Shown piece by piece: positions 1 to 7,726 of a DNA stretch of 29,718 bases. Location of the stretch: NCBI GenBank assembly GCA_037444665.1, contig JBBILZ010000033.1, forward strand, positions 1-29,718, given 5' to 3'. This stretch comes from a candidate division WOR-3 bacterium. GTDB lineage: Bacteria > Hydrothermota > Tepidihabitantia > SM23-42 > JAOAFX01. The notes beneath the pieces are model-generated. The model searched no databases. It was not told the DNA's origin and saw only the letters and a list, made by a program, of their open reading frames with translations. Position numbers and translations under genes: made by a program. Numbering within the stretch: position 1 is the stretch's first letter; each line of letters begins with the position of its first letter.

Positions 1-578
1 AATAACTGTTTATGCGTCGTAAACACATCACCAACAATTTCGCCGTAAGCAGAGAATATCTCTTTGATCTGTTGGGTTGTAAACTCTATAATTACACTGT
101 CATCTTCTCTCTTTCCGGTAAGTTTACTACTCCATACAAAGATGAATAAACCATTTTTCTTTAGGTGTTCAACGATTTTCTGCACAAGCATACTTACTTG
201 ACTGACATCATCTACCAGGGTAAATGGCGAAAAATCACAACAGAATATTACATCAAACTCCTGACCTCTCTTGAAAGGCATATTAAAAACATCACCAACT
301 ATCCAGTTAGCATTTTCACCATAAAGTTTTTTTGCCTTAGATATTCCCACAGGGCTAAAGTCCAGACCAGTTACATTCATACCTGCATCAATCATAAAAT
401 GGCTATACCACCCAGTGCCACAACCAAGGTCAAGAATCTTGGCGCCCCTTGGTATCTTATTTTTTGCAATCAGGGTGTTAATAAAAGCTCGGTCAAAAAA
501 CTCAGAATGTGGAAAATCAGTTACAAAATACTTTTTGTTGTAAAATTTCCGGTCCATTGAAGTTCGTTCACTTAATGA
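1..578. repeat. Direct repeat copy 1 (at least 578 bp, identical to 1640..2217, offset 1639)
   Basis: Compared by eye; identical 131-aa antisense ORFs at 165..560 and 1804..2199; first mismatch at 579/2218. Confidence 0.95.
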
Positions 579-638
579 TGAATTTTTAAAGGTTTCGTCA
601 AACTTTAATTCTGGGACTTCTATTTCTTTATTATTCAT
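1..638 (-). CDS. Class I SAM-dependent methyltransferase, partial (runs off left edge); second copy of 1519..2277
   Basis: Not in the ORF track. ATG at 638 reads MNNKEIEVPELKFDETFKNSSLSERTSMDRK...; 1..578 is identical to 1640..2217, including the ILDLGCGTG SAM motif; ATGA overlap with the stop of 635..1522. Confidence 0.85.
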   Translation of the reverse strand, partial: MNNKEIEVPELKFDETFKNSSLSERTSMDRKFYNKKYFVTDFPHSEFFDRAFINTLIAKNKIPRGAKILDLGCGTGWYSHFMIDAGMNVTGLDFSPVGISKAKKLYGENANWIVGDVFNMPFKRGQEFDVIFCCDFSPFTLVDDVSQVSMLVQKIVEHLKKNGLFIFVWSSKLTGKREDDSVIIEFTTQQIKEIFSAYGEIVGDVFTTHKQL

Positions 639-1522
639 ATTGTACTTCCTGCCTTTTTTGCTATCCACCATTTTACTATCTCCTTTGCACTGGTGACCCA
701 CGCATCATTTTCCAAACTGAAGGCTATGATATCTTCGTAAACTCTCCCCCAACCTGGAAATTCTCTTTCATTAAAAACACGCTGATGCCACAGCAACGAG
801 AAAAATCCATTATTTCCCCTGGCAACCTTGATAAGTTCCTTGCATTTTTCCCAGGCATCGTGTAGTTTTCTGTATCTTTTAAATAACACAAAATCCATCA
901 CCGTCAGTGGCAGGACAAGGAATTCATCACTAAATGGTTTGAACGGAAGCATTCTATTATCCTTAAAGCCCAATTCTTCATTAGAACCAAAGCTGGCGTC
1001 ATACTTTAAACCAACCTCTTTATGTAATTCCCAGGTTTGTGGGATAGATAGATTGAGATAATGTTGTCTTACCCCAATTACTTCGTGCCCGCACACCTCT
1101 TCAAGTTTTTTCTTCTCTTGGGCAAGTTTCTCTTTACTTTTATAGGACCAATAAGAGCCATGTAAAGCCACCTCCCATCCTTCGCAGGCAAGCATTTTAA
1201 TAACTTTTGATATCTCTTCGTCGTTGAAGCGATACTTCCCAAATGATACTACAATCTCTTTTGGCGAAAACAGATTTATGCCTTTTGTTTCTTCTAAAAA
1301 GAAGAATGTGGACTTCACCTGATATCTTCTTTCAATCTCCATTATCCTTTCAAAGTTCCAATAGGGGTTTTCTCTTTTAAAGAGAGCTGAAAGATGACGC
1401 AGGTTTCTATCCTTCAAAAAATGGGTGAAACATTGATAGGTTTTCTTTACCCTATCAACATCATGGGTCAGACATACCGCAAATTTCTTCCCTTTGGGCC
1501 AGATTGCTTTGATTTCTTTCAT
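635..1522 (-). CDS. Polysaccharide deacetylase-like (CE4/NodB fold) protein, intact
   Basis: CLTHDVD, STFFF, WEVALHGSY, GVRQHYL, YDASFG, LPLTVMD and LLWH motifs typical of deacetylase-like proteins of glycan loci. Confidence 0.8.
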   Translation of the reverse strand: MKEIKAIWPKGKKFAVCLTHDVDRVKKTYQCFTHFLKDRNLRHLSALFKRENPYWNFERIMEIERRYQVKSTFFFLEETKGINLFSPKEIVVSFGKYRFNDEEISKVIKMLACEGWEVALHGSYWSYKSKEKLAQEKKKLEEVCGHEVIGVRQHYLNLSIPQTWELHKEVGLKYDASFGSNEELGFKDNRMLPFKPFSDEFLVLPLTVMDFVLFKRYRKLHDAWEKCKELIKVARGNNGFFSLLWHQRVFNEREFPGWGRVYEDIIAFSLENDAWVTSAKEIVKWWIAKKAGSTI

Positions 1523-2277
1523 GGGCTAAGATGTTTTTTTACGGCACAAATCAACCGCACATTGCGGTGATGAATCTTCACTGCAGCAGAGGTCAAAATT
1601 GTAATAAAATTATTCAGGGCATAAATACCCAATATGGGAAATAACTGTTTATGCGTCGTAAACACATCACCAACAATTTCGCCGTAAGCAGAGAATATCT
1701 CTTTGATCTGTTGGGTTGTAAACTCTATAATTACACTGTCATCTTCTCTCTTTCCGGTAAGTTTACTACTCCATACAAAGATGAATAAACCATTTTTCTT
1801 TAGGTGTTCAACGATTTTCTGCACAAGCATACTTACTTGACTGACATCATCTACCAGGGTAAATGGCGAAAAATCACAACAGAATATTACATCAAACTCC
1901 TGACCTCTCTTGAAAGGCATATTAAAAACATCACCAACTATCCAGTTAGCATTTTCACCATAAAGTTTTTTTGCCTTAGATATTCCCACAGGGCTAAAGT
2001 CCAGACCAGTTACATTCATACCTGCATCAATCATAAAATGGCTATACCACCCAGTGCCACAACCAAGGTCAAGAATCTTGGCGCCCCTTGGTATCTTATT
2101 TTTTGCAATCAGGGTGTTAATAAAAGCTCGGTCAAAAAACTCAGAATGTGGAAAATCAGTTACAAAATACTTTTTGTTGTAAAATTTCCGGTCCATTGAA
2201 GTTCGTTCACTTAATGAAGAACTTTTAAAAATTGCGTTAAATTTCAATTCGGGAACTTCTAACTTCTTGTTATTCAT
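1519..2277 (-). CDS. Class I SAM-dependent methyltransferase (Methyltransf_11/25-like)
   Basis: KILDLGCGTG motif I, VTGLDFS, GDVFNMPF, FDVIFC, LKKNGLF. Confidence 0.85.
   Translation of the reverse strand: MNNKKLEVPELKFNAIFKSSSLSERTSMDRKFYNKKYFVTDFPHSEFFDRAFINTLIAKNKIPRGAKILDLGCGTGWYSHFMIDAGMNVTGLDFSPVGISKAKKLYGENANWIVGDVFNMPFKRGQEFDVIFCCDFSPFTLVDDVSQVSMLVQKIVEHLKKNGLFIFVWSSKLTGKREDDSVIIEFTTQQIKEIFSAYGEIVGDVFTTHKQLFPILGIYALNNFITILTSAAVKIHHRNVRLICAVKKHLSP
1640..2217. repeat. Direct repeat copy 2 (identical to 1..578)
   Basis: See copy 1. Confidence 0.95.
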
Positions 2278-2379
2278 AATCCACTTCCCAATTTTTGTTT
2301 TCTGTCATTTTACAATATCCCTTGCATAGATGCCCCACACATTGTGATTCAAACGGAACACTATGATATCTTTATAAAC
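2278..2379 (-). pseudogene. C-terminal remnant of a polysaccharide deacetylase paralog
   Basis: Minus strand from 2379 reads VYKDIIVFRLNHNVWGIYARDIVK*, which aligns ungapped (12/24 identical) with VYEDIIAFSLENDAWVTSAKEIVKW of 635..1522. TGA at 2307..2305 replaces TGG. Same position upstream of the methyltransferase ATG as in the intact unit. Confidence 0.8.
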
Positions 2380-2428
2380 CTTCGTCTTTGTTTTCGTGTA
2401 AAGTTCTGCAGACCTCCGAAAATAGTCA

Positions 2429-3181
2429 TTAGTAGTATATAATTCCTATTCCACAATAATTCTGTTTCCAATTCTTCACAATTTCCAGTGTTTTGTGATT
2501 TATTTTAACTTCCTGCCAAAATCTACTGACTTCGCATCCTGTTTTCAATGATTCCGGAACTATATCATGGAATACAATAATCCCTCCTTTCTTAACAAGT
2601 TTACCATACATCTCAAAATCCTTCTTGACGCCATTGTATGAATGGTCACCATCAATATAGAGGACATCCAACTTGTTTTTATGTAAAATTTTACTGATTA
2701 TGACAAAGGTTGTGTAATCGTGGCTATTTTTTCTCAGTAGATAAAGGCGCTGATTCTTTTTGGCGAACGATTTATACAATGGAATTCTAAGTTTTGAATA
2801 ACCTCCTTCAAGTAAATTACCTGATAAATCAACACTGATTATCACCGCATTATCGGGGGCACATTTTGAAAACAGAAACAATGTTCCACCCTTTGCTGTT
2901 CCAATCTCTAAAATATATTGAGGTCTTTTTTCTTTAAAGATTTTCAAAAATTCTGTAATTTCTTCCTTGATTTGCATCGGTTTAATTAGCCTGAAGCAAA
3001 ATTTGAATGCAAAATCTACCAATTGCTTTAGGTCCTTTTCCGAGCCCATCTTTCGCATTTTTTTTATTGCATAATTTATAATAATTGGTTCAATAACGAA
3101 GAGGCGAAATAGAATTAATATTTTATAATATATATGTTTTAAAAACCATACAACTTTTCTTATTCTTTCTTGTTGTATCAT
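2429..3181 (-). CDS. Class I SAM-dependent methyltransferase, Methyltransf_24-like
   Basis: ILEIGTAKGGT, LDVLYIDGDHSYNGVKKDF, GGIIVFHDI; paralog of 4115..4867. Confidence 0.85.
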   Translation of the reverse strand: MIQQERIRKVVWFLKHIYYKILILFRLFVIEPIIINYAIKKMRKMGSEKDLKQLVDFAFKFCFRLIKPMQIKEEITEFLKIFKEKRPQYILEIGTAKGGTLFLFSKCAPDNAVIISVDLSGNLLEGGYSKLRIPLYKSFAKKNQRLYLLRKNSHDYTTFVIISKILHKNKLDVLYIDGDHSYNGVKKDFEMYGKLVKKGGIIVFHDIVPESLKTGCEVSRFWQEVKINHKTLEIVKNWKQNYCGIGIIYY

Positions 3182-3204
3182 GTTGTATCAATAGATATCT
3201 TCCC

Positions 3205-3470
3205 ACTACAATCCTAAAAAATTTTAAGATTGTAGTTTTACTGACGCCCCAGAAAGAACCGAATCTAAAAAAACCCCCTAAAAGGTGGAATTCGGTTCCT
3301 TTAAGGTCCGTTTTTTAACCAGGTTCCCAAAAAGCACCAGAACATCATCAAGGGGATTCTCCCCTTGAGAACCCCTACCCTCACCCTATCCCTCTCCCTT
3401 TGAAAAAGGGAGAGGGCATCTATTATGAAGGTTTTTATTAAGTATTGGAATTATTGAAATTCCAATACTT
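3205..3470. repeat. Cluster of five inverted repeats including a BoxC-like palindromic element
   Basis: Inverted repeats: 3205-3219/3222-3236 (14/15); GAACCGAAT 3256-3264/3290-3298; TCAAGGGGA 3348-3356/3360-3368; CCCTCTCCCTTT 3390-3401/3405-3416 preceded by CCCTCACCCTAT; AAGTATTGGAATT 3440-3452/3458-3470. Confidence 0.85.
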
Positions 3471-3474
3471 TAAA

Positions 3475-4109
3475 TTAGTGTATCATTGTCAGTGGCAGTA
3501 CCAAAAATTCATCGCCCAAGGGAGCAAAAGGGTTTTTTTGCCATTGAGAAACCCAATATTTTCATTTGAACCATAGGTGGCGTCATAATAAAATCCTATT
3601 TCCTTTTGTATTTGCCAGGTTCTTGGTATTTCAATATTTAAGTAGTGCTGTCTTACGCCGATGATTTTTTCACCAGTAATATCCTCTAATTGTCTCTTCT
3701 CTGCTGCAAGTAGGTTTTTATCATTGTATGAATGGTATGAACCATGAAGAGCAATTTCCCAACCATTTTTTTGCAATAATTTTATAATACTACGAATTTT
3801 TTCTTCACTGAATTTATATTTGGCAGAAGTAGCCTTAATTGATTCAAAATTAAATGGATTTGTTCTTTTTGTTTCTTGAAGAAAGAAAAAAGTTGATTTA
3901 ACACCGTATTTCTCTTCAATCTTCATAATATCCTCAAAATTCCAGTAGGACTCCTTTTGGCTGAACAGCGACTTTAAATGATAGACTCTACCAGTTTTGA
4001 AAAAATGGGTAAAATATTGATATGTTTTTCTTACCTTATCAACATCATGAGTAAGACAGACCACAAAGGTCTTGCTATCAAACCAGAGTGTTTTTTCTCT
4101 CTCTAACAT
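3475..4109 (-). pseudogene. Polysaccharide deacetylase paralog, frameshifted and 3'-truncated
   Basis: CLTHDVD, HGSY and GVRQHYL present. After an A7 run (T7 at 3533-3539) homology continues in another frame (PFAPLGDEFLVLPLTMIH* vs PFKPFSDEFLVLPLTVMD) and stops at 3475. LLWH motif absent. Confidence 0.8.
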
Positions 4110-4114
4110 ATTTT

Positions 4115-4867
4115 TTAACTCCAGTAAATTACTCCAATACCAAACCCGTCCTGTTCTTTTTGAGCAATAATCTCTTGATGTTGATAATTATTTTTTATCT
4201 CTTCCCAAAATCTATATACATCACCAGTTCTGGCATCAGTTGTGAAACCATATTTGACAAAATGACTAGGAACAATGTCATGAAAGGCAATTATTCCTCC
4301 GTTTTTTACAAGTGGCGAATACAACTCAAAATCTCTCTTGACGCCATTATAAGTATGATCACCGTCTATAAAAAGAAAATCTAATTTATTATTTTCAATA
4401 ATTTCCATAACAGCAGCACGGGTTGCGTATTTATGAGAATCATCACGAATAAGATGAATTTTCTGATTCTGCGTGGCAAAGGCTTTGTAAAGAGAGATTC
4501 TCCATTCTGGATATCCACCTCCAAATGCACCACCGGGTAAATCTATGCCAATGATAGTGCCATCATCACTTGCAATACGCGAAAATAGAAACAGTGTACC
4601 ACCGTTTGCTGTGCCTATTTCCAGCAGAATCTTTGGTTTTTTAACAGCGAGTATTTTTAAAAGTTCAAGGATTTCTTCATTTATTTGATAGTGTGTGAAT
4701 GCAAATACTTTCATTACAGGAATAAGAAAGGGATTTTTTATTCTTTTGTGAAAATTTAGGTTAAAATCTAACCATTCTTCAATCTTTCTTTCTTGTAACA
4801 ACTCTTTCCTCAAAAATCTAACTGCAAGCGGAGAAAAAGAATAACCAATGATATCTTTTATATTCAC
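4115..4867 (-). CDS. Class I SAM-dependent methyltransferase, Methyltransf_24-like
   Basis: LLEIGTANGGT, LDFLFIDGDHTYNGVKRDF, GGIIAFHDI; GTG start uncertain. Confidence 0.85.
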   Translation of the reverse strand: MNIKDIIGYSFSPLAVRFLRKELLQERKIEEWLDFNLNFHKRIKNPFLIPVMKVFAFTHYQINEEILELLKILAVKKPKILLEIGTANGGTLFLFSRIASDDGTIIGIDLPGGAFGGGYPEWRISLYKAFATQNQKIHLIRDDSHKYATRAAVMEIIENNKLDFLFIDGDHTYNGVKRDFELYSPLVKNGGIIAFHDIVPSHFVKYGFTTDARTGDVYRFWEEIKNNYQHQEIIAQKEQDGFGIGVIYWS

Positions 4868-4971
4868 TGTATATTTGCCAAAGTTATATTAAATTTATGT
4901 TTCTATTTTTTGTTTCTATCTATCCAGTTTCTTCACATTGTTTAAACAAAGGTGGTTAATTTTTTTTCACA

Positions 4972-6069
4972 TCACTTTATAAAAAACAATTCAACAAACT
5001 TAAAGTTGCCAACTTCTACAAGGTTAGCAATTATTTGAACTTCTATCTCTTTATAATTTTTGTCAAGGAGTTTTGATTTTACTGATGCCCTTCCTGATGG
5101 AATTTGCTGAAGCAGTTCATTGATAGTATTCTCTCTAATGTCCCGGGCAAAGATATTTTCCCAGTCCATATCCATAAGATTTTCCGGGTCATAGGCAAGT
5201 AATTCCAGTGCGGATTGATTGGCATCAGTAATCTTGTAATCATCAAGACTTACCACAATAATCGGAACTGTTGCGTCCTCAAATAATCTTTCATATTTTG
5301 CCATTGTCTGTGCCTGTTGTTCAGTGGTCACGGTTGACTCATGGAGATAATGGACCAAACCACCACCATTGGCAAAGACCTGGGGATAGACACTACAGAC
5401 CATTCTCCGTTTTATACCTTTAAATGATAAGGTATCAGTAACCGGTTCACCACTATCCCTTGCCTTTTTACCTGGACAATCAGAAACCGGTTCTTTTGCA
5501 CAGTGGAGTATTTCATAACATTTATGGCCGATGACTTCATTCACACCCTTACCTAACATTTGAAAAGTAGCAAGGTTTGCCCGTAAAATCTTGTAATCAA
5601 AATCAGTGACAAATATCGGTTCTTCAATTGCATCAACGGTTGCCTCCCATTCCTTTTTTGCAGCGGTAACATTTAATAGTAATCTTCTGTTTTCCTTGAG
5701 TAATTCAACCTGACGCAGGGCACGATTTAGTTGTAATTTTATTTTTTCATTACTCAATGGTAAAATAATAAAATTGTTAAGCTGATATGCCTCTAATTTT
5801 ACCAGTGCTTCAGGAACAGTGTGTCCGGCAACGAGTATAATTTCGCTCTCAGGACAGATTTTCTTTATATCAGGAATTAATAAATTATAAGGAAGGGTCG
5901 GTATATGCACATCAACAAATATCACATCAAATTTTTCAGATTTGCATAGATTCAGACAGGTATCAGCATTATTGGTTGAGTTAATACTGTGCCCTTCAGA
6001 TTCAATAACACTTTTTATTCCTTTAATTATCTCCTGGTCCTGACTTATGATCAATATTTTTGCCTTCAT
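4972..6069 (-). CDS. Degenerate receiver (REC) + PAS + PAS signalling protein with no output domain
   Basis: REC-like N-terminus (KILII..., FDVIFVDVHIP), coiled linker, WEATVDAIEEPIFVTD..ILRAN..GHKCYE PAS, YERLFEDA..ITDAN..LLAY PAS; AGGTGG Shine-Dalgarno (SD) upstream. Confidence 0.8.
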   Translation of the reverse strand: MKAKILIISQDQEIIKGIKSVIESEGHSINSTNNADTCLNLCKSEKFDVIFVDVHIPTLPYNLLIPDIKKICPESEIILVAGHTVPEALVKLEAYQLNNFIILPLSNEKIKLQLNRALRQVELLKENRRLLLNVTAAKKEWEATVDAIEEPIFVTDFDYKILRANLATFQMLGKGVNEVIGHKCYEILHCAKEPVSDCPGKKARDSGEPVTDTLSFKGIKRRMVCSVYPQVFANGGGLVHYLHESTVTTEQQAQTMAKYERLFEDATVPIIVVSLDDYKITDANQSALELLAYDPENLMDMDWENIFARDIRENTINELLQQIPSGRASVKSKLLDKNYKEIEVQIIANLVEVGNFKFVELFFIK

Positions 6070-6198
6070 AATACACCACCTTTTTGTTGAAAGAATATTA
6101 TCAAGGGGAATCTTCTTTTATAAATCCTCCACGCCCCTTACGCAAAGGAGGAATCTATCCAGATGTCATTCATCCAAACTAAAACGACAAAATTTGAA

Positions 6199-6232
6199 CA
6201 GGCTACCGCCCTTGTCAGTTACATTTTCTGAC
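6199..6232 (-). promoter_or_regulatory. ops/JUMPStart-like element
   Basis: Minus strand GTCAG-N9-CTGAC-AA-GGGCGGTAGCCTG; 6210..6199 = GGCGGTAGCCTG matches the ops consensus GGCGGTAGnnTG; lies between a promoter and the first gene of the cluster. Confidence 0.6.
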
Positions 6233-6259
6233 CAGAACAATCATAATCTTTACATAAAT

Positions 6260-6287
6260 ATTTTATTCAGTTTTCCTTTCTTGTCAA
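6260..6287 (-). promoter_or_regulatory. sigma70-type promoter for the minus-strand cluster
   Basis: TTGACA (6287-6282)-N16-TAAAAT (6265-6260). Confidence 0.6.
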
Positions 6288-6319
6288 TCCTGATAAAAAT
6301 GTTTCATCACTTATCTTTG

Positions 6320-6347
6320 TTGACATTCATATTATTTTGGGTATAAT
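6320..6347 (+). promoter_or_regulatory. sigma70-type promoter for the trpB2 operon
   Basis: TTGACA (6320-6325)-N16-TATAAT (6342-6347). Confidence 0.75.
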
Positions 6348-6425
6348 TCACAATGTTTTTAATTAGCCCAATTAACAGGCAATATGTTCTTTTAATCAAT
6401 CATAAAATATTATCAGGAGGTTTAC

Positions 6426-7718
6426 ATGTTTAATATGGTCAATTTAAAATTTGATGAATTACCAACACGCTGGTACAATATTTTGCCAGATTTACCAGAA
6501 CCTTTACCAGCACCACAGGACCCACCTGAAGGACCATCGCGCATAAAAAATCTTCCCAATCTTCTTGTTGGTGAATGTTTGAATCAAGAGTTCTCCCAGC
6601 AAAGGTGGATAGATATTCCAGGTGGCATCCTTGACCTCTATGCAAAAGCAGGCAGACCCAGACCATTGTTCCGGGCAACAAATTTAGAAAAAAAACTTAA
6701 TACGCCAGCAAGATTGTATTACAAAGGCGAATTTTTCAGTCCGACTGGCAGCCATAAGGTAAACACTGCCCTTGCCCAGTGCTGGTATGCAAAACAGCAG
6801 GGGTATGAAAGGGTAACCACTGAAACTGGAGCCGGACAATGGGGAACTGCGCTTGCTTACGCCTCAGCAGTCACTGGTTTAAAATGCACAGTCTACTGGG
6901 TAAGGAGCGTGTATAATTGGAAAAAGGACCGACTCAGTTTTATGAAGATGTTAGGCGCAGATGTGTATGCTTCACCAAGCCCGATGACCGATTTTGGAAA
7001 ATCACTTTATGAGAAGAATCCAGAACATGTTGGTTCTTTGGGAATCGCAATATCTGAAGGACTTGAGGATGCAAGCAAAGACCCAAAGGCAGTTTATTGT
7101 TTAGGTTCGGTATTGAATCATGTGCTAATGCATCAGACAATTATCGGACTTGAATCACAGAAACAGTTTGAGATATTTGGCGATTACCCGGATGTCGTTA
7201 TTTCCTGCCTGGGTGGCGGGTCTAATTTTGGTGGTTTTGCAATTCCATTTATTGGCGATGTTTTGAAAAAAGGCAAAAAAATAAAATTTATTGCTGCCCA
7301 GAGCCAGGCTGCACCAAATCTTCAGGGTGAATATAGATTTGATTTTGCTGATTATGCAGAGATGACACCATTATTAAAGATGTATACACTCGGGCACAAA
7401 ATAGATATGGTTCCTATCAAAGGTGATGGTTTACGTTATCATGGCTGTTCACCTATCATCAGTTTATTGAGAAACAAGGGTTATATTGATACAATTGCCT
7501 ATCCGGCTGATGAAAAGTATGTGTTTGAAAGGGCAAAGATGTTTATGGAGGCTGAGGGCTGGTTGCCTGCGCCTGAATCTTCTTATTCAATCTGCGCGGC
7601 AATTGATGAGGCGATTAAATGTCGTGAGTCCGGTGAGAAAAAGGTTATTGCCTTTAATGTAAGTGGCCATGGATTTTTAGACATCCCTGGATTTCGTGAT
7701 GTGCTTGGTCTGAAATAG
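6426..7718 (+). CDS. trpB2: TrpB-like PLP-dependent enzyme (tryptophan synthase beta type 2)
   Basis: PTRWYNILPDLP N-terminus, SPTGSHKVNTA (PLP Lys), TETGAGQWG, LGSVLNHVLMHQTIIG, GGGSNFGG, GLRYHG, PAPESS, SGHG; GGAGG SD. Confidence 0.9.
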   Translation: MFNMVNLKFDELPTRWYNILPDLPEPLPAPQDPPEGPSRIKNLPNLLVGECLNQEFSQQRWIDIPGGILDLYAKAGRPRPLFRATNLEKKLNTPARLYYKGEFFSPTGSHKVNTALAQCWYAKQQGYERVTTETGAGQWGTALAYASAVTGLKCTVYWVRSVYNWKKDRLSFMKMLGADVYASPSPMTDFGKSLYEKNPEHVGSLGIAISEGLEDASKDPKAVYCLGSVLNHVLMHQTIIGLESQKQFEIFGDYPDVVISCLGGGSNFGGFAIPFIGDVLKKGKKIKFIAAQSQAAPNLQGEYRFDFADYAEMTPLLKMYTLGHKIDMVPIKGDGLRYHGCSPIISLLRNKGYIDTIAYPADEKYVFERAKMFMEAEGWLPAPESSYSICAAIDEAIKCRESGEKKVIAFNVSGHGFLDIPGFRDVLGLK

Positions 7719-7726
7719 GAGGTTTA

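Noticed and set aside
165..2199. Identical 131-aa plus-strand ORFs (165..560 and 1804..2199)
   Set aside because: Antisense shadows of the duplicated methyltransferase; their identity only reflects the DNA repeat.
579..2277. Diversity-generating retroelement (TR/VR pair) as explanation for the repeat with a variable end
   Set aside because: Mismatches are not adenine-specific on either strand, they lie at the gene's 5' end, and no reverse transcriptase is in the window.
2380..3480. Integron gene cassette or IS element
   Set aside because: No RYYYAAC...GTTRRRY attC structure downstream of the gene, and no integrase or transposase ORF seen.
3533..3539. Programmed ribosomal frameshift restoring the deacetylase
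   Set aside because: The shifted frame ends about 19 codons later and lacks the C-terminal catalytic region.
4948..6083. 9-bp inverted repeat (AAAGGTGGT/ACCACCTTT) flanking the REC-PAS gene
   Set aside because: One arm is the gene's SD sequence; too short to support a mobile unit.
6047..6346. 99-aa plus-strand ORF in the divergent intergenic region
   Set aside because: Overlaps two promoters, the ops-like element and the start of the opposite gene; no SD or recognisable motif.
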